The notes beneath the pieces are model-generated. The model worked only from the letters and a program-made list of their open reading frames with translations, did no database searches and was not told where the DNA came from. This document shows, piece by piece, positions 24,439 through 36,366 of a DNA stretch of 64,000 nt. Where the stretch lies: NCBI RefSeq assembly GCF_000372725.1, contig NW_005202428.1:1-64000 (forward strand), read 5' to 3'. The translations under genes were made by a program, and so were the position numbers. This DNA is from Emiliania huxleyi CCMP1516 (lineage: Eukaryota). Within the stretch, counting starts at the first letter, position 1, and the number at the start of each line of letters is the position of its first letter.

Positions 24439-25332
24439 TCAGTCCGGCTGAAGAAAGCCTACGGCGGAGAGCAGTAGCGCCAACGACACTGCGAGCGCCG
24501 CCTCGGTGCGGCCTCGCCTCGTGGCGGCGGCTGCGACGGCGCCGATAGCCAGGGCGAGGTAGAGCGCCTCGATTGCGACGGCGCGCCGCCAGATCGCCAG
24601 CATGCGGTCCGTGTGGGCGCCGCTATCGTTGGCGCGCGGGAAGGGCGTGCGCGGCACGGGCACGCCGAGAAAGGCGCACAGCGGCGCCCAACCGTCCGAG
24701 GCGCGAAAGACAAGCAACCGCTCCGGCGGCACCGCCGCGGCGACCCGCGCATTCCACGCCTCGAAGCGGGTGGCGAGCGCACGCGTGTCACGCAGCTCTC
24801 CAGACATTACGCCGCCGTCAGAGTCCTCAAAAAAGTGGGCGCGGTAGGCGCGGCCGAGCCTGCGGGCGGCCGAGCGGAAAGGCGCAAGCAGAGCCGAGCG
24901 CTCGGCGCTGTACTCGCTCCAAATGGTCGTGGCAACAGATCGCGCCCAGTCGTGCGGGTCGCGCACGGTCAGGATCACCTTGGCGTCTGGAAAGCTCGCG
25001 AGCAACCACTGGTACGCAACCGACGCGGGGAAGTCGACGCTGCAGCCGAAGCCGCTGAGGAGCCCGCGCCAGTCGGCCCGCTCCGGCTCCTCCAGCGCGC
25101 GAGCCCACGGCCGCTCGCGTACCATCTTCGCCACCGCAGCCATGCTGTGGCACGGTCCAAACCCAAGCCGCTCGAGGGCCATGCTGAGCGAGGTCGTGCC
25201 TGTGCGGCCGCAGCCCGCGCCAATGACCTGGAGCTCCGCCGGCCGCTTCCGCGGCCTGGCGCGGTGGCGACCGCTCCGGGCGGAGCTGTTCGGCAGGGCG
25301 TCGAATCTCGCAGCATGGATCTTTTGCGCCAT
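24439..25332 (-). CDS. P-loop sulfotransferase-family protein with C-terminal hydrophobic anchor
   Basis: VIGAGCGRTGTTSL..AL..LGFGPCHSM, VDFPA, PDAKVILTVRD..W..S, VPPERLLVF..DGWAPLCAFLGVPVP..PFPRAN. Confidence 0.9.
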   Translation of the reverse strand: MAQKIHAARFDALPNSSARSGRHRARPRKRPAELQVIGAGCGRTGTTSLSMALERLGFGPCHSMAAVAKMVRERPWARALEEPERADWRGLLSGFGCSVDFPASVAYQWLLASFPDAKVILTVRDPHDWARSVATTIWSEYSAERSALLAPFRSAARRLGRAYRAHFFEDSDGGVMSGELRDTRALATRFEAWNARVAAAVPPERLLVFRASDGWAPLCAFLGVPVPRTPFPRANDSGAHTDRMLAIWRRAVAIEALYLALAIGAVAAAATRRGRTEAALAVSLALLLSAVGFLQPD

Positions 25333-25491
25333 GCCGTCACCCGAAGAGCAGCTTTGAACCCGCCACTCTGACTCGACAGCGAGACGGCGAGTGGCGTCGA
25401 AAAAGTGGCTGCGCAGGCCAGTCAGTGGCAGGCCGCGCCGGCGCCCCAGCGTAGAGCCCCAGTACCCGGGTACGGAGTCGGCTCGACACTA

Positions 25492-26428
25492 CTCGCATAA
25501 TGTGGGTAAACGAAAAAAGTAGCGCGCAATTCGTCTACGTACGGCTTAGTGTGTGGTTGGGGTGGCCTCAGGCATCCCCAAGGGAGCCTCTGCGGTGCCA
25601 CATAAGCAGCTTAGTGATTGTCGAGACTTTAAGGGATTCGTTTGAAGATCTCGCAAACAAGACAGACCACTACTATGGGTCACCAGTAAACGAAAATTCG
25701 ACTTTGAGGGATAATATCTCAACAGACTGGGTGAGAGCATAGCATTATTATTGCATATTAGGCCGCATAAGGTCAGACTTGACCCCACAAGCATCCAGAA
25801 CCCGATGCTCCGGCTCGACTGTGCCGGCACACTGCCTCCTCGCGCACGCGGCTAGCAGGCCGTTGCGGCCCGTGGTGCACCAGAGAGAGAGGTCGACGCG
25901 TTGCCCCCGCTGGCGACCCCGCGCGGCTCAGGCCGGCCAGAAGGTGTGTGGTGACGGCACCGTGGCAGGAGTGCGGAGATGAGCTCGCCGAACGCGAGCA
26001 GCAGATGGCCAAAGTGTGCCAGCGCGAGAGCCTCGCGAGCGGGCGCAGAAGGAGCTCGCCGTGACACGATGCCGGGCGGTGGTGGTGCTCTGGCGACTGT
26101 GCACAGTGGGCAAAGTCAGGCTGCAACAGGGCAGCACGATGGTAGTGCCCTGCTGCAGCCTGGCCTGACATGCACAGGGCGAACAGAGACACTACTATCG
26201 TCTGGCGCTCGTCACCGAATCTGGGCGAACTTCGACCGCCGCCACAGCTGGCCACGAGCACGCAGCGACAAAATGCTGACTGTACGGAAGTTGAGGCTGG
26301 TCGAGAGGAAGAGGCTGCCGTGCGAGCCGGCAGCTGGCTGGCTCGGGCGGACTGACTCCGGCGTGTTTTTTCGGCTTCTTCTTTCATAGTAGCGTATACG
26401 CTACTTTCGTTTACCCACATTCTGCGAG
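25492..26428. mobile_element. Non-autonomous Tc1/mariner-like element (TA TSD, ~30-bp TIR), copy 1
   Basis: TA|CTCGCATAATGTGGGTAAACGAAA...TTTCGTTTACCCACATTCTGCGAG|TA. Closely similar copy at 37730-38662. Confidence 0.9.
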
Positions 26429-26757
26429 TAGCCGTGAATCACCTACAGTGGGTTAAATAACGCGACGGCCCTCAGCGGAGCTGGGAATAGGACCGCCGCA
26501 AGCGGCGTGGCGTGGAGCGGTTGAGCATCCCTCCGGGGGCCCCTCTGCGCCGGGGAGGCGTTGTTGGAGGCTAGGACGCAAGCGTCCGTCGCCCTTTTCA
26601 AACTCGGGGCCCTCTCCGCTACGCTCCGACCCGAATTTGGAGGGCCATGAAGTTTAAGGTGTTGCTGCGCAAAAGGGGTGGCGGCGCGGCGGCGCCGAAA
26701 AGAAGCACTCACTTGACAAGAGGTAAGTAAGTCATAATGTTAATGGGACACCAATCC

Positions 26758-29700
26758 TCACTCCTCACACTCCATGCACTGTAGAGAGGAATGAGCGGCC
26801 ACGGTAGGCACCACAGCTGGTACTGGCGCGTTGAGCACGGCTCGCGCGATGCGGTCCACTCGTGACTCTCCGTTCGGATCGAAGCTCGGCAAGATCACGT
26901 GCTGATGCAGCTCAGAGATGCGCTCACTGGCATGTTGACGAGAAGAGCGTTCTCCAGAGCATTGCATCCACTTTGCGTATGTAATCCCTTGCTCCGTCTC
27001 GCCGCCTGGCACTGGTCGAAAGCCAAGTACGGTCATGGTTGCGCGCCCGAGCTGCCAATGATCACAGCAGTATCCCGGCGCAGCAAAGGCCCAGGAGGGC
27101 TGGTCGGTGGTAGCAGAGCGCATCTCAAGCCCGCAGCAGCGGGTGGGGCCATACCTAGGTTGCCAGGAAGTGGAGGGCCGCAGAGGGTTCCGCCGCGCCA
27201 TCTCTTCCTGCAGGGATCGCTCGGCGTCCCTCCACATCGATGGCGGCCCCTCTGCGGCCCGACGGCAGCAATCGTGGACGTAGTTATCATAGGTGAGGTG
27301 CTCGAGGATAGCCATCTCGGGATGGTAGTGGTGCTTGCACAGTGCGCCTTGCCGCTGGTTGAGGTCGACGAGCGCCTTGAGAATGTGGTGTTTGGTCCGC
27401 CCGTCATTCGTGCAGAGGTACGGCAACGCAAAGTTTGGTGGTAGCACACACGTGTCGCAGCCGCCCAGGGGCCGGTGCCCAATCCACTGGTTTCGCTGCG
27501 GGCACCACCACGGCGTTTCGATGCTGTGGTGGCTGTTGAAAAGATAATTGTTCAAGAAGTTCGAACTTGATCCACCCGTCGAAAAGAATGCCTCACCCCA
27601 TCGGCCGTTCCAGCCATGCCAGTTGGCACGCTGTCGCTCGAGGGGCATGCCACCGACGAGGTTGAGCTCGTTGCCGAGGTACTGTGCCCGCTCTTTGTCG
27701 AATCGCCGCTCGCCGAGGCCTGCCAGCTGCATGTGGGAAATGAGGGCCAGATTGCACTCGACGTGTCGCGAGTCAGACTCCTTTGCAAAGCCAGGTGGGG
27801 CGTAGAAGACGGAACGCCACCACAGCCGGCGCCCGTGCATTTGCAACCGTGACTCCATGATGGCGAGCACGCGCCGAATCAGCAACCACGGAGGAAGTAG
27901 CCCCTCACTCCCTCGTCCACCCATACCCTCTAGCCGCCAATCTGCAAAGATTGAATTGGGTTCGAGAGTTTGATCGCAGGTCAATGCCTTTGTGTCATCC
28001 CACCGCGAGCGAAGCCAGTTCCATTCTCGAGAGAGTCCGCTTGCATCATCCTCTGCTGACGACTGCACCTGAATCTCTAGCCACCTTGACGGGTCGCCCT
28101 CGAAGACTTCAGCTTTGAGGTACGCTGGCCAGTCAAGCTTGGGGCCGTTCCACACAGCATAGAAGGGCTCTGCTTTGCCATGCTCGCCGTCCCAATCCTG
28201 GCGTGCCGCCTCCGCCTCTGCGTCGTACATGATCCCGCTGGATCTTCCTGACTCAAAGCGGCTCTTGACGTCTTCGAGATGTGGCACAGGTAGGCTGATG
28301 GGTGGCAAACGCGGCAATGAAGGCAGAGCTGCTGCGTCCCTTGCATCTGCCTCGCCACGTCCGTCGCACAAGTGGATGAGCCGGCAATCCGACGGGCTCG
28401 TGTGAGGCTCGAAAATTGGCTGCTCGCAGTGCGGGCCGTGGCACTGGAAATTGTGCAACCATTCAGGGCTGTCAACAATCATACGTGCACCGTCCTCCCC
28501 CGCCAATTTATACGCCACCCCCCAGAGTTGCGGGCACATCTGCAGCTGCTCATGTCGGCGCCGCTCAAAGCCCAATACCATCGGCTTAAAGGGAACGAGC
28601 CCATCGGCGCCCACTGCTCCCAACAGAGTTGCCGCCATTGCGCCTGCGCGTGACTCGAGGATCGAAGCCTGCGCCTCTTCGTGGGGCAACAGCGCCGTGG
28701 AAGCCGCGTTGGTGGCAGCACGACTAGCAGCAGCTGCATCACGATAGCTGTCACGGTGGCCTTGGCGATCCGTCTCCTGCTGCTGCCGTCTAGGGTACGA
28801 TACTTCCGGGCCGGTGTGCGGGGAGCGAACCTTAACGACCGCCCAGAAGCTTTCTGAGCGAACCAATCGGGCCAGGATCATCAGCATATGTCCCCTCCAC
28901 AACATCGTGGGCGTTTGAGCGGTATTTGAGGAGCACCGCGACTCTGAAGTTCGGCCGGGTGGTCTGCAGACCCCCCCCCCCGGAGCAGCAGAGGCTCCGT
29001 GGGGTCGAAAAGTCGACGCTGGGAGTCGCACTCGTCAAACCGTCGCAACACCACGCGGTACGCACATACCGCCCACATCCCCTCCACCGCTGAGAAGGCG
29101 CAGATCGACCGCCGGGCCGCGTAGCCGTCGTTAAGGAGCGGTTTTTGGAGCCGTACGAAGAGGTCCCAGACGGGCGAAGATGCGGTTTTTCGACGACCAC
29201 ACGCGATGTGGTATCTGGTTTTTGCTAAAAACGGGCCGCCTAGTGCAGCATCACTAGTACAACACGCAACCACACTGAAAGCTCCACACTAGCCGGTATA
29301 GGCGAGCGCCGACGGCGTCACGGTCGCCGGAGTGGACGCACTGCACACACACTGTGACCGCGTCGTGGGTGTGACAGTGCGCGACACAACCGTCGGCGCC
29401 GCGCTATCGCGGCGCCCCGCAGTCTACACGCCTCAGGCACACCCCTGAACGCGCCATGGGCGCGCAGATACACCGCAGCGCCGTGGAGAATCCACACCTG
29501 GCCGGTCCCGAGCCCCGTCCTGGGCCTCCAGGCGGCCGAAGATCGGCGTTCGGGCGGGATGAACTTGTCGGAAATGGAGCAAACTTGGCGCGGCTCGTCG
29601 CTCGCGGTACCGGGTGAGCCTGGATAGGGCAAAATCTGGGGTGAATACGAGGGACAGAGGTCGCAAGTTTGTCGCGCAAGTTTGCGCGGCGTGGCGCTGC

Positions 29701-30713
29701 CCCGCTGCCGAGGGCGCCACCAACCCGTGGCGGCGGCATTTCCAGCCCAAATTGGGCGTTCCGTGCGCCTTGCCGGCGAGAGTGGACGGGCTGTGCATCG
29801 TGGGGGGGGGGTGAGTGGGAGGGAGGTGGTCGTGTGCCTACTTTGTCGGCCGCGCGCGAGGAAAATACTGGGTGTGAGGCGCGCAGGAGGCGAGGGTGGG
29901 CGCGCCGGCGGTCGAGCCACCGAACAATTCGACGTGGCGCAGCTCCGCGCCGGCGGGCACGACCGAGCAGATGATGTCGGCGGCGGTCACGCGACGAGGG
30001 AGAGCCGCAGGAGCCCTCTGTGGAGCAGGCGCGCGAAAGCAGCGATGAGTGGCGCTTCGATCAGCCACCTGTGGGCGGTCATCGGGGTGACGTCACACCT
30101 CAGCGAGCTGGATCCGGGAAGGGCATGGGGTCACGCGGGCCCTGTCTGCAGCAGCAGTGCTAACTAAAACGACAAAATTCCGGATGGACCGGAGAGTGTC
30201 TACTCTTTCGGCGCACCGTGCTCGGGCCCCTCGAAAAGCTGGCTGGTGGTCGCGCGCGGCGCGTCAGCGCGGCTGCGACTGGTTGGGCACCTCGGCTGGG
30301 TCCATCAGCAAGAGGCCCGCCCCGTCGGGCGGCCCCGGGAGCGCATGATGCCCCTCCGAGAGGCGCTGACGCCCCGCCGAGATCGCGCTGGTTTGGCACG
30401 AAAAACACGAGGCGCCAAGGGGGGGGGGTCAAGTATCGTACCCTAGATGCGCGCTCTCGCGCCGGGCCTGCGCACGTCGTTCATTCTTGCCTGTCCAGCC
30501 GTCCCACATGTCCTTCATTTTCTTGAATGACGTATACTCCTGGTCCCAGGTCGGCTCGCCGGAAATCTGCAGGTACCAGCAGTAGGGCGCCGTGCCGGGC
30601 CCTCGCTCTTTGCAGTGGCGCAGGCTGGGGTACGGGTGCTGCGCAGCGTTGTCCTTGGTGATGCGCGGCCACGTACGGCCAGTATTGTCGACCATCACCG
30701 GCTCCCCGCTCAT
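26758..30713 (-). pseudogene. Large intronless Trp/Cys/His-rich unknown protein, interrupted by a TIR element
   Basis: About 675 open codons at 26758-28790. A putative N-terminus (MSGEPVMVD...) lies at 30713-30445 on the other side of the 28793-30443 insertion. Confidence 0.6.
28793..30443. mobile_element. Non-autonomous TIR DNA transposon (TA TSD), copy 2 of the 1.6-kb family
   Basis: cTA|GGGTACGATACTT ... AAGTATCGTACCC|TAg, a perfect 13-bp TIR. The interior matches the reverse complement of 2636-4266. Confidence 0.9.
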
Positions 30714-31350
30714 GCTCGATGAGAGAGGGGAGTGGCGCAAAAAGCCGTCGGTCGTCCCCCCAAAAGGACGGATTAGGGACGCATCCTTTCTGCATGCACG
30801 GGCGCCGTGTTGAACGTGGGACGAGAAGTTTGCGTCGCCGAACGAAAATCCGACGATATGCACGAATTTTAATTATATTTTTTTCGTGTGGGGGTTGATG
30901 GCCCGCCGCAGTCGAAAAAAATTTAGGGTCGGGGTTCCCCTATGCCAAAGAACTCTGAGAGGATTTCGGCGGCCGGCGCGCCGAGGCACAGCGGTTCGCG
31001 CTGCCTGCCGAAAGCCCCTATTGTCGGGGGGTGCGCGGCGGAAAGATTTTTAGTTTTAGTTTTTCCATCCCGCTCCCCTGTCCCTGACGGTCTCTCTTTC
31101 GCTAGGGGATCAGAACTTTCGGGGATTCGGTTGGGCGCGATTTCTTTTAAAGGCTATCGCGCGATACACACAATTAAGAAAAGCCTTTGCGATTCGAAGC
31201 CCGCCTGCAAGTTCTGCACGTGGAACGGGTATGTTCCACGCCCGGCCAGTGCACGATCCGAACGCTACCGCGTTATAATGTGGTAAGCTAAAACGCGTCC
31301 AAGTGCTCCAAGTGCGTCGTGTTTACGTCCTGAGACTCCTGTCTCAGCTC

Positions 31351-32620
31351 TCACCCGCCGAAGAGGCTCGCGAGCAGCCAAACCGGCAGAGACGGCTCGG
31401 CAGCCTTCAGCGTGAAAGTCGCGCCGACATTGTACTCGAGATTCACGACGGCGTGCGGCGCATACGGCGGCACGTAGACCGCCTCGCCCGCTCTCTGGAC
31501 AAAGAGCGCGAGGCGCGGCACCGCAAGCAGCGTCGGGAGCTCGGAGCGGAGCCAGCGATGCGTCGACATGTTGGAGACGCGGCCGTACGTGAACCGGCGG
31601 AGCGGGCCGCCGCTCGACGAGCGCGGCGCGACCAGCCACAGCTTGGCACCCGCCGCGAGGTAGTTGAGGGCGCCGGCGTGCCAATGAAGGTACGACCCGG
31701 TGAGTGCGGCGCCCGCATAGAGCCGAGCCACGGTGAGGTCTCTCTCCGCGAGCGATCCCAGCCGCGCGAGCGACGGCAGGGGCAGGTCCCTCGCCAAGAG
31801 CCTATGGCGCACACGCACTTGTCGCGGTGTGTGCCCGCTTCGTACTGCGGCCCAGCTGCGGGTCTCGCCTCCACGAGTCGCGTCCTCCCGGACTGCTTGC
31901 ACCTACGCGGCAGCCGTGGCGCGACCAGCTCTTCGACGTGGGCGACGGGTGCGTGCACGAGCTGCTGCCGGCTACATGCTGTGGACGCTGCGCAGCCTCC
32001 CGTTCTTTCCGTTGCTCGCACGGCAGGCTGTGGATGCCGCCGGCTACATGCTGTGGATGCCGCCGGCTACATGTGGATGCCGGCTAGATGTCGGCTACGT
32101 CTCGCCATGTGCGTCTGGCCCGCTCTGGGCTCTGAGTGCTCTTTCTCTCGGTAGATTTGGGAGCTCCACCGGGCATCGCTTCGTGAAAGAGGTAGGAGTA
32201 GTCGTGCCGCGACGGCCACCGGCAGGGCGCACGCCGGCTGCGCTCGAGCAGAGCGGAAAGCTGCCGACCGCCATGCACGCAGCCTCCGACGGTCGACGCG
32301 GGCGAGTGAGCCACCTCGAGGCAGTCGTGCGCGGCGAGCGCACGGCCTAGGTAGACTGGGTCGCGCCAGCGTGTCAGCGCCGGCGAGACGCCAAGCAGCG
32401 GCGAGCGGAAGAGGACGGCGGGCCGGTCGTGCCGCGAGTACTCGGTTAGCCTCGACGAGTCGCAACTGCGCGTCGAAGGGCACACCACGAGGCCATCGCC
32501 GACCAGGACGCTCCCGCCCAGCGAACCGGATGCCGGACTACCCCCCAGCGCGCGAGCGAGCAGCGCCGCAATCTTGCTGTCGACGAGCGACGATGGTGTG
32601 GCATTCGCGGCCTCAGGCAT
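31351..32620 (-). CDS. JmjC (cupin) domain protein
   Basis: GSYLHWHAGALNYLAAGAKLWLV...FVQRAGEAVYVPPYAPHAVVNLE. The upstream exon has RPAVLF...RWRDPVYL, typical of JmjC N-terminal parts. 5' end uncertain. Confidence 0.75.
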
Positions 32621-33084
32621 GTCAGGAGAGGCCTGGCAGTGGCCTGGGGAGCCAGGCAAGCCTGGCAGGGTTCTGGCTCCTTCCCAGTAGGGGGCCTGGT
32701 CGCGCCAAAGTGGCAGCGACGCGCTGCGGCAGCCTGCTCACTACACCCTGAACAGTATCTTCTGGCTCGCTGCTTTTACTGCAGCCGCCTCCGAGGCCGG
32801 CGCTGGCTGCCTCACCTCGCCAGTGCTGTCCAAGCCTGTGAGAGGCGTGTCGGCTCGCCGCCCGCGTCGCCCGCGGCGGGCGCGCGTGGCGTGCCGCTCG
32901 TCGGGAGTGCCCAGCAGGCTGTGCAGGGTAGTCTGCCTCACTCAAAGCGCCGCGGCGCGGGGCCGCCGTCGGCGCTGCGCCGCGAACGCTGCCGCTGTGT
33001 GCGTCACCATCGCGTCACCACTGTGTCCTCGCTGCGTCGTCGACGCCGCTCGCCGCTCGCCGCTGCCCTGCCCTTCCCTTCCAC

Positions 33085-33455
33085 GTATTATTAATTGCTT
33101 GAGGGACAAGTCCTCACCTAATTATTCATCGCCCGAGGTGGCACGTTCTCAATTATTTATTAATTGGTCGAGGCTCTTCACACGTCGTTCCTTCACAGGT
33201 GACAAGTCCTCACCTAACTAATTGCTCGAGGCTATTCACACGTCGGCCCTTAACAGATGACAGGTCCTCACTTATTTATTAATTGGTCGAGGCTCTTCAC
33301 ACGTCGGTCCTTCATGGAGGACACGTCCTCACTTATTTGTTAATTGGTCGAGGCTCTTCACACGTCGGTCCTTCACAGTAACACAGATGAAAGTTCGGGG
33401 CACTTCACGCGTCGGCACCTCACAGTTGACACGTCCTCATCTAACTATTAATTGT
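33085..33455. repeat. AT-rich ~61-bp minisatellite (about 6 degenerate copies)
   Basis: Repeats of TTAATTGGTCGAGGCTCTTCACACGTCGGTCCTTCA...GACAMGTCCTCACYTA. Confidence 0.85.
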
Positions 33456-33962
33456 AATCCCGGGTAATCTAGGGTGATGCATCTCGGGTCGTCTCGGGTA
33501 ATCTCGGGTAATCTCGGGTCATCTCGGGTCATCTCGGGTCATCTCGGGTCATCTCGGGTCATCTCGCACGGTTGCCCGCCCGAGCGCCTAACCACACGTC
33601 TGCCCGCCGCTGCGCCCCTACGTACTACTTTTCTGACGTATTCGCCCCCGTTGCATTCCGAATTTCCGTACATACCTCTGACGTATTCGCCACCCCCCTT
33701 GTATTTCGTATCTCCGTACGGACTTCTGACGTCGATTCGCCACCCACCTTGTATTCCGTAAGTATTCTCGGAGCGGAAGCTTCGTGCAGGACTGACGAGG
33801 GGGGCAACTCGAGTCTACTCTCAACATGACGCTCTAAGACCAGACAGGCCAGAGCGCGCGAGGTGGGTCACTTGGGGCTACGGCCCTCACTCCGAAATAG
33901 GTGCGACGCAGTGCTGAGCACGGTACGTGGCGATGCGAGGCGGTGGCGTGGCGTGCCATCAG

Positions 33963-34048
<86 letters not shown>

Positions 34049-34348
34049 ACGCTATTAATAATCGGGTAATAATTATTAATTATTAATCATCGGGCGGGGG
34101 CGCGGCGCGGCGGCGAGCGGCGCGAGGCGGCGGCGCGGCGAGGCAGCGGGCGACGCAGTGCGGGGCGGCGCGGCGGCGGGTGGTATAATTGTTTATTACT
34201 TCATTAATAATGAATTAATAATTGTCGGGCGGCGGCGCGGCGCGGCGACGGGCGGCGCGAGGCGGCGGCGCGGCGCGGCGGCGCGGCGCGGCGGCGGGCG
34301 ACGCAGGGCGGGGCGGCGCGACCAACTGCACTGACGTGGTCTCTGGCC

Positions 34349-35198
34349 ATGGAAGCGGTGCATTGGTCGCGTCGCCCATGTCCCGACCAACACCCCGACC
34401 GGCAACGACGGAGAATGCACTCCGTGCCGGCGATAGACAAGCGTCGGTTTGACCAAGTTGATAAATTTCCTTGCCACCCGAAAGGATGCTACAAAAGCGA
34501 GCGTTTGGCCGACTTCTTTCGAAGCTCGCCATCGCTGCCGCCGCCATCGCCGCCCCCCAAGCCCCCCAAGGCAGTGGATGGGGCAGATTGCTATCAAAAT
34601 GACTACTGCGAGAGTGGCTATTGCATGGGTTCCTATTTTGGCACTGGTACCTGCACCGCCAAGAATGGCCCGAATCAAGTGTGCCCTGATCAGAGTGGTT
34701 CAGATTCCGACTCAGGGTGTACGACCGGCATTTGCTGCGACATACGCGGATCAACGGATTACTGCTCCGATGCCTCAGGGAAATGCCCAGAAGGGGCCGA
34801 CTGCTGGTCAAACGAAATATGCCAGAGTGGCCATATCAACATGGTATACGGTTATTGCAGTTGGGTGGCTGGCCTTGGTACCTGTCGAGAGCTAAAGGAT
34901 ATTCAAGAATCTTGTGGCACTGTCGGTGGTGGCGACCAAGAGTGTTATAGTGGGCAGTGCACATGCAACAAATGCGTCGAATCGGACGGCCTGATGTATC
35001 CGGGTGGGCCCTGTCGCGTGAACAGCCAGTGCCATAGCTCATACTTCTGGATTTACCGCTGGCTCGGTGTGCTCGGGGGCGTGCGAATATAAGCTTGCCA
35101 ATGGCATATCGTGCAACCGGGTTCGCTATGGGCACGACCAATGCCAATCCGGTTGGTGCTACTGTTGGTTGGGTTCTTGCAGTTGCCGTGCCCAGTGA
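34349..35198 (+). pseudogene. Cys-rich repeat (C-x4/5-C-x-S-G-x-C) extracellular-type protein, frameshifted at about 35047
   Basis: Units DCYQNDYCESGYC, DCWSNEICQSGH and QECYSGQC continue in another frame as ...VCSGACEYKLANGISC...DQCQSGWCYC...CSCRAQ* (TGA 35196-35198). Confidence 0.7.
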
Positions 35199-36366
35199 GT
35201 TGCCGTGATTGATGAGCTGAAGGGCCAGCCTTAAGGCGTGATGATGTACACTCGCTTGTGGGAAGGCGCACGCATGGCGTCGTGTTGCATACTCATCCCA
35301 CTAGACGAGGACACGCAGGCATGTGCGAGCTTCCCAGCAGGCACATGACATGACCACTGACAGCTCTTTGTCACGCGAGCACCGACACGCTCCGCTGCGC
35401 CACCGATGTGCTCTGCCGCTTCTTGGCTCGTGGAGCCGGGGGGTTAGAGCGACAGACGCTTAGTATGCCGCGACGCCGCGGCAATAGATCGCTGCGGCCA
35501 GTCCGATGCGCGCGCACACTTGCGCACATGAACATGAACATGGCGTGGGACGCACGAGCCTCGCTCGTGCGTGTCTGTAAGTGTGCAGACATCGTAAGTT
35601 GGGCTGTACCCTCGTTCAAAGTTCGAGCTCTTTTGGCCGAATTCCGCGTAGTTATGCTCACACGTTGTCTCGCGGCGTGGCGGTTAGGAGGGTGAAGGGG
35701 TAAGGGGCTGTGTGGGGCAGAATCTACATCTGACTACTCCATCTAGCCTGGGGGGTCGGAGGAGGGGGGGGCACGGAAGGGGTAAGATATGGGTGAAGCC
35801 AGCGCCGAGTTCGGCGATTGAGCGCCTCCCTCTCTCTCCGGCTGCGCGCCCGACCGGTGCGGCCTCCGAGTCGGCGTCTAGCGCGCGCGATAAGGTTTTT
35901 GCTCGCCTTCCCTGGGACCCCGTGTTGCATGTCACTCGGTCATCACTGTGCGATTTCGGGGCCCGGGGTTGTGCGTTTACGTGAAGCCAGCTAGTCGGAC
36001 GCCCTGTCGTCGGAATACTCCTCGGAGCCGGTGTCCTCGTCATAAGATACATCACGTAGCGTACTAGGTAAGGTAGTAAGATAAACTTCTCCACACACAC
36101 AGTCACAACCTACGTTGTAGCCCACGAAGAGGTGGTGGGGCGCTGCGGGGGAGGGGGGGGGGGGGGGGGCGACCCTGCAGCTGCACCCTCGCGCGTCTCC
36201 CACGCAACCCACACTGTCTTTACGTCTCGCTAAACGACAGGATCAGGAACCGCCCACGCGGGACGGCAGCAGTTGCACGTTTAAAATGCCGTGTACACGG
36301 ACGAAGAAGGAACATGAACAGTGGCAATGCTTGAACAGTGCTTGAAGGGCGGCCTTGCCCCACGTG

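Noticed and set aside
25492..26428. Transposase or Fanzor/TnpB coding capacity in the TA-TSD elements
   Set aside because: No DDE or RuvC motifs recognised, and the short ORFs are not preserved between the two copies.
26444..26460. TACAGTGGG, a Tc1-like TIR start
   Set aside because: No matching inverted end was found in the window.
28793..29031. First ~80 aa of the 757-aa ORF 26758..29031
   Set aside because: They lie inside the inserted TIR element and match the translation of the other copy (ORF 4038..4238), so this is not the real N-terminus.
33085..33775. CRISPR-like appearance of the 61-bp and ~45-bp repeat arrays
   Set aside because: The units are degenerate tandem copies without unique spacers, there are no cas genes, and the context is eukaryotic.
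33790..33820. Second hammerhead candidate CTGACGAG...CTCGAGT
   Set aside because: It lacks the GAAA core and closing stems.
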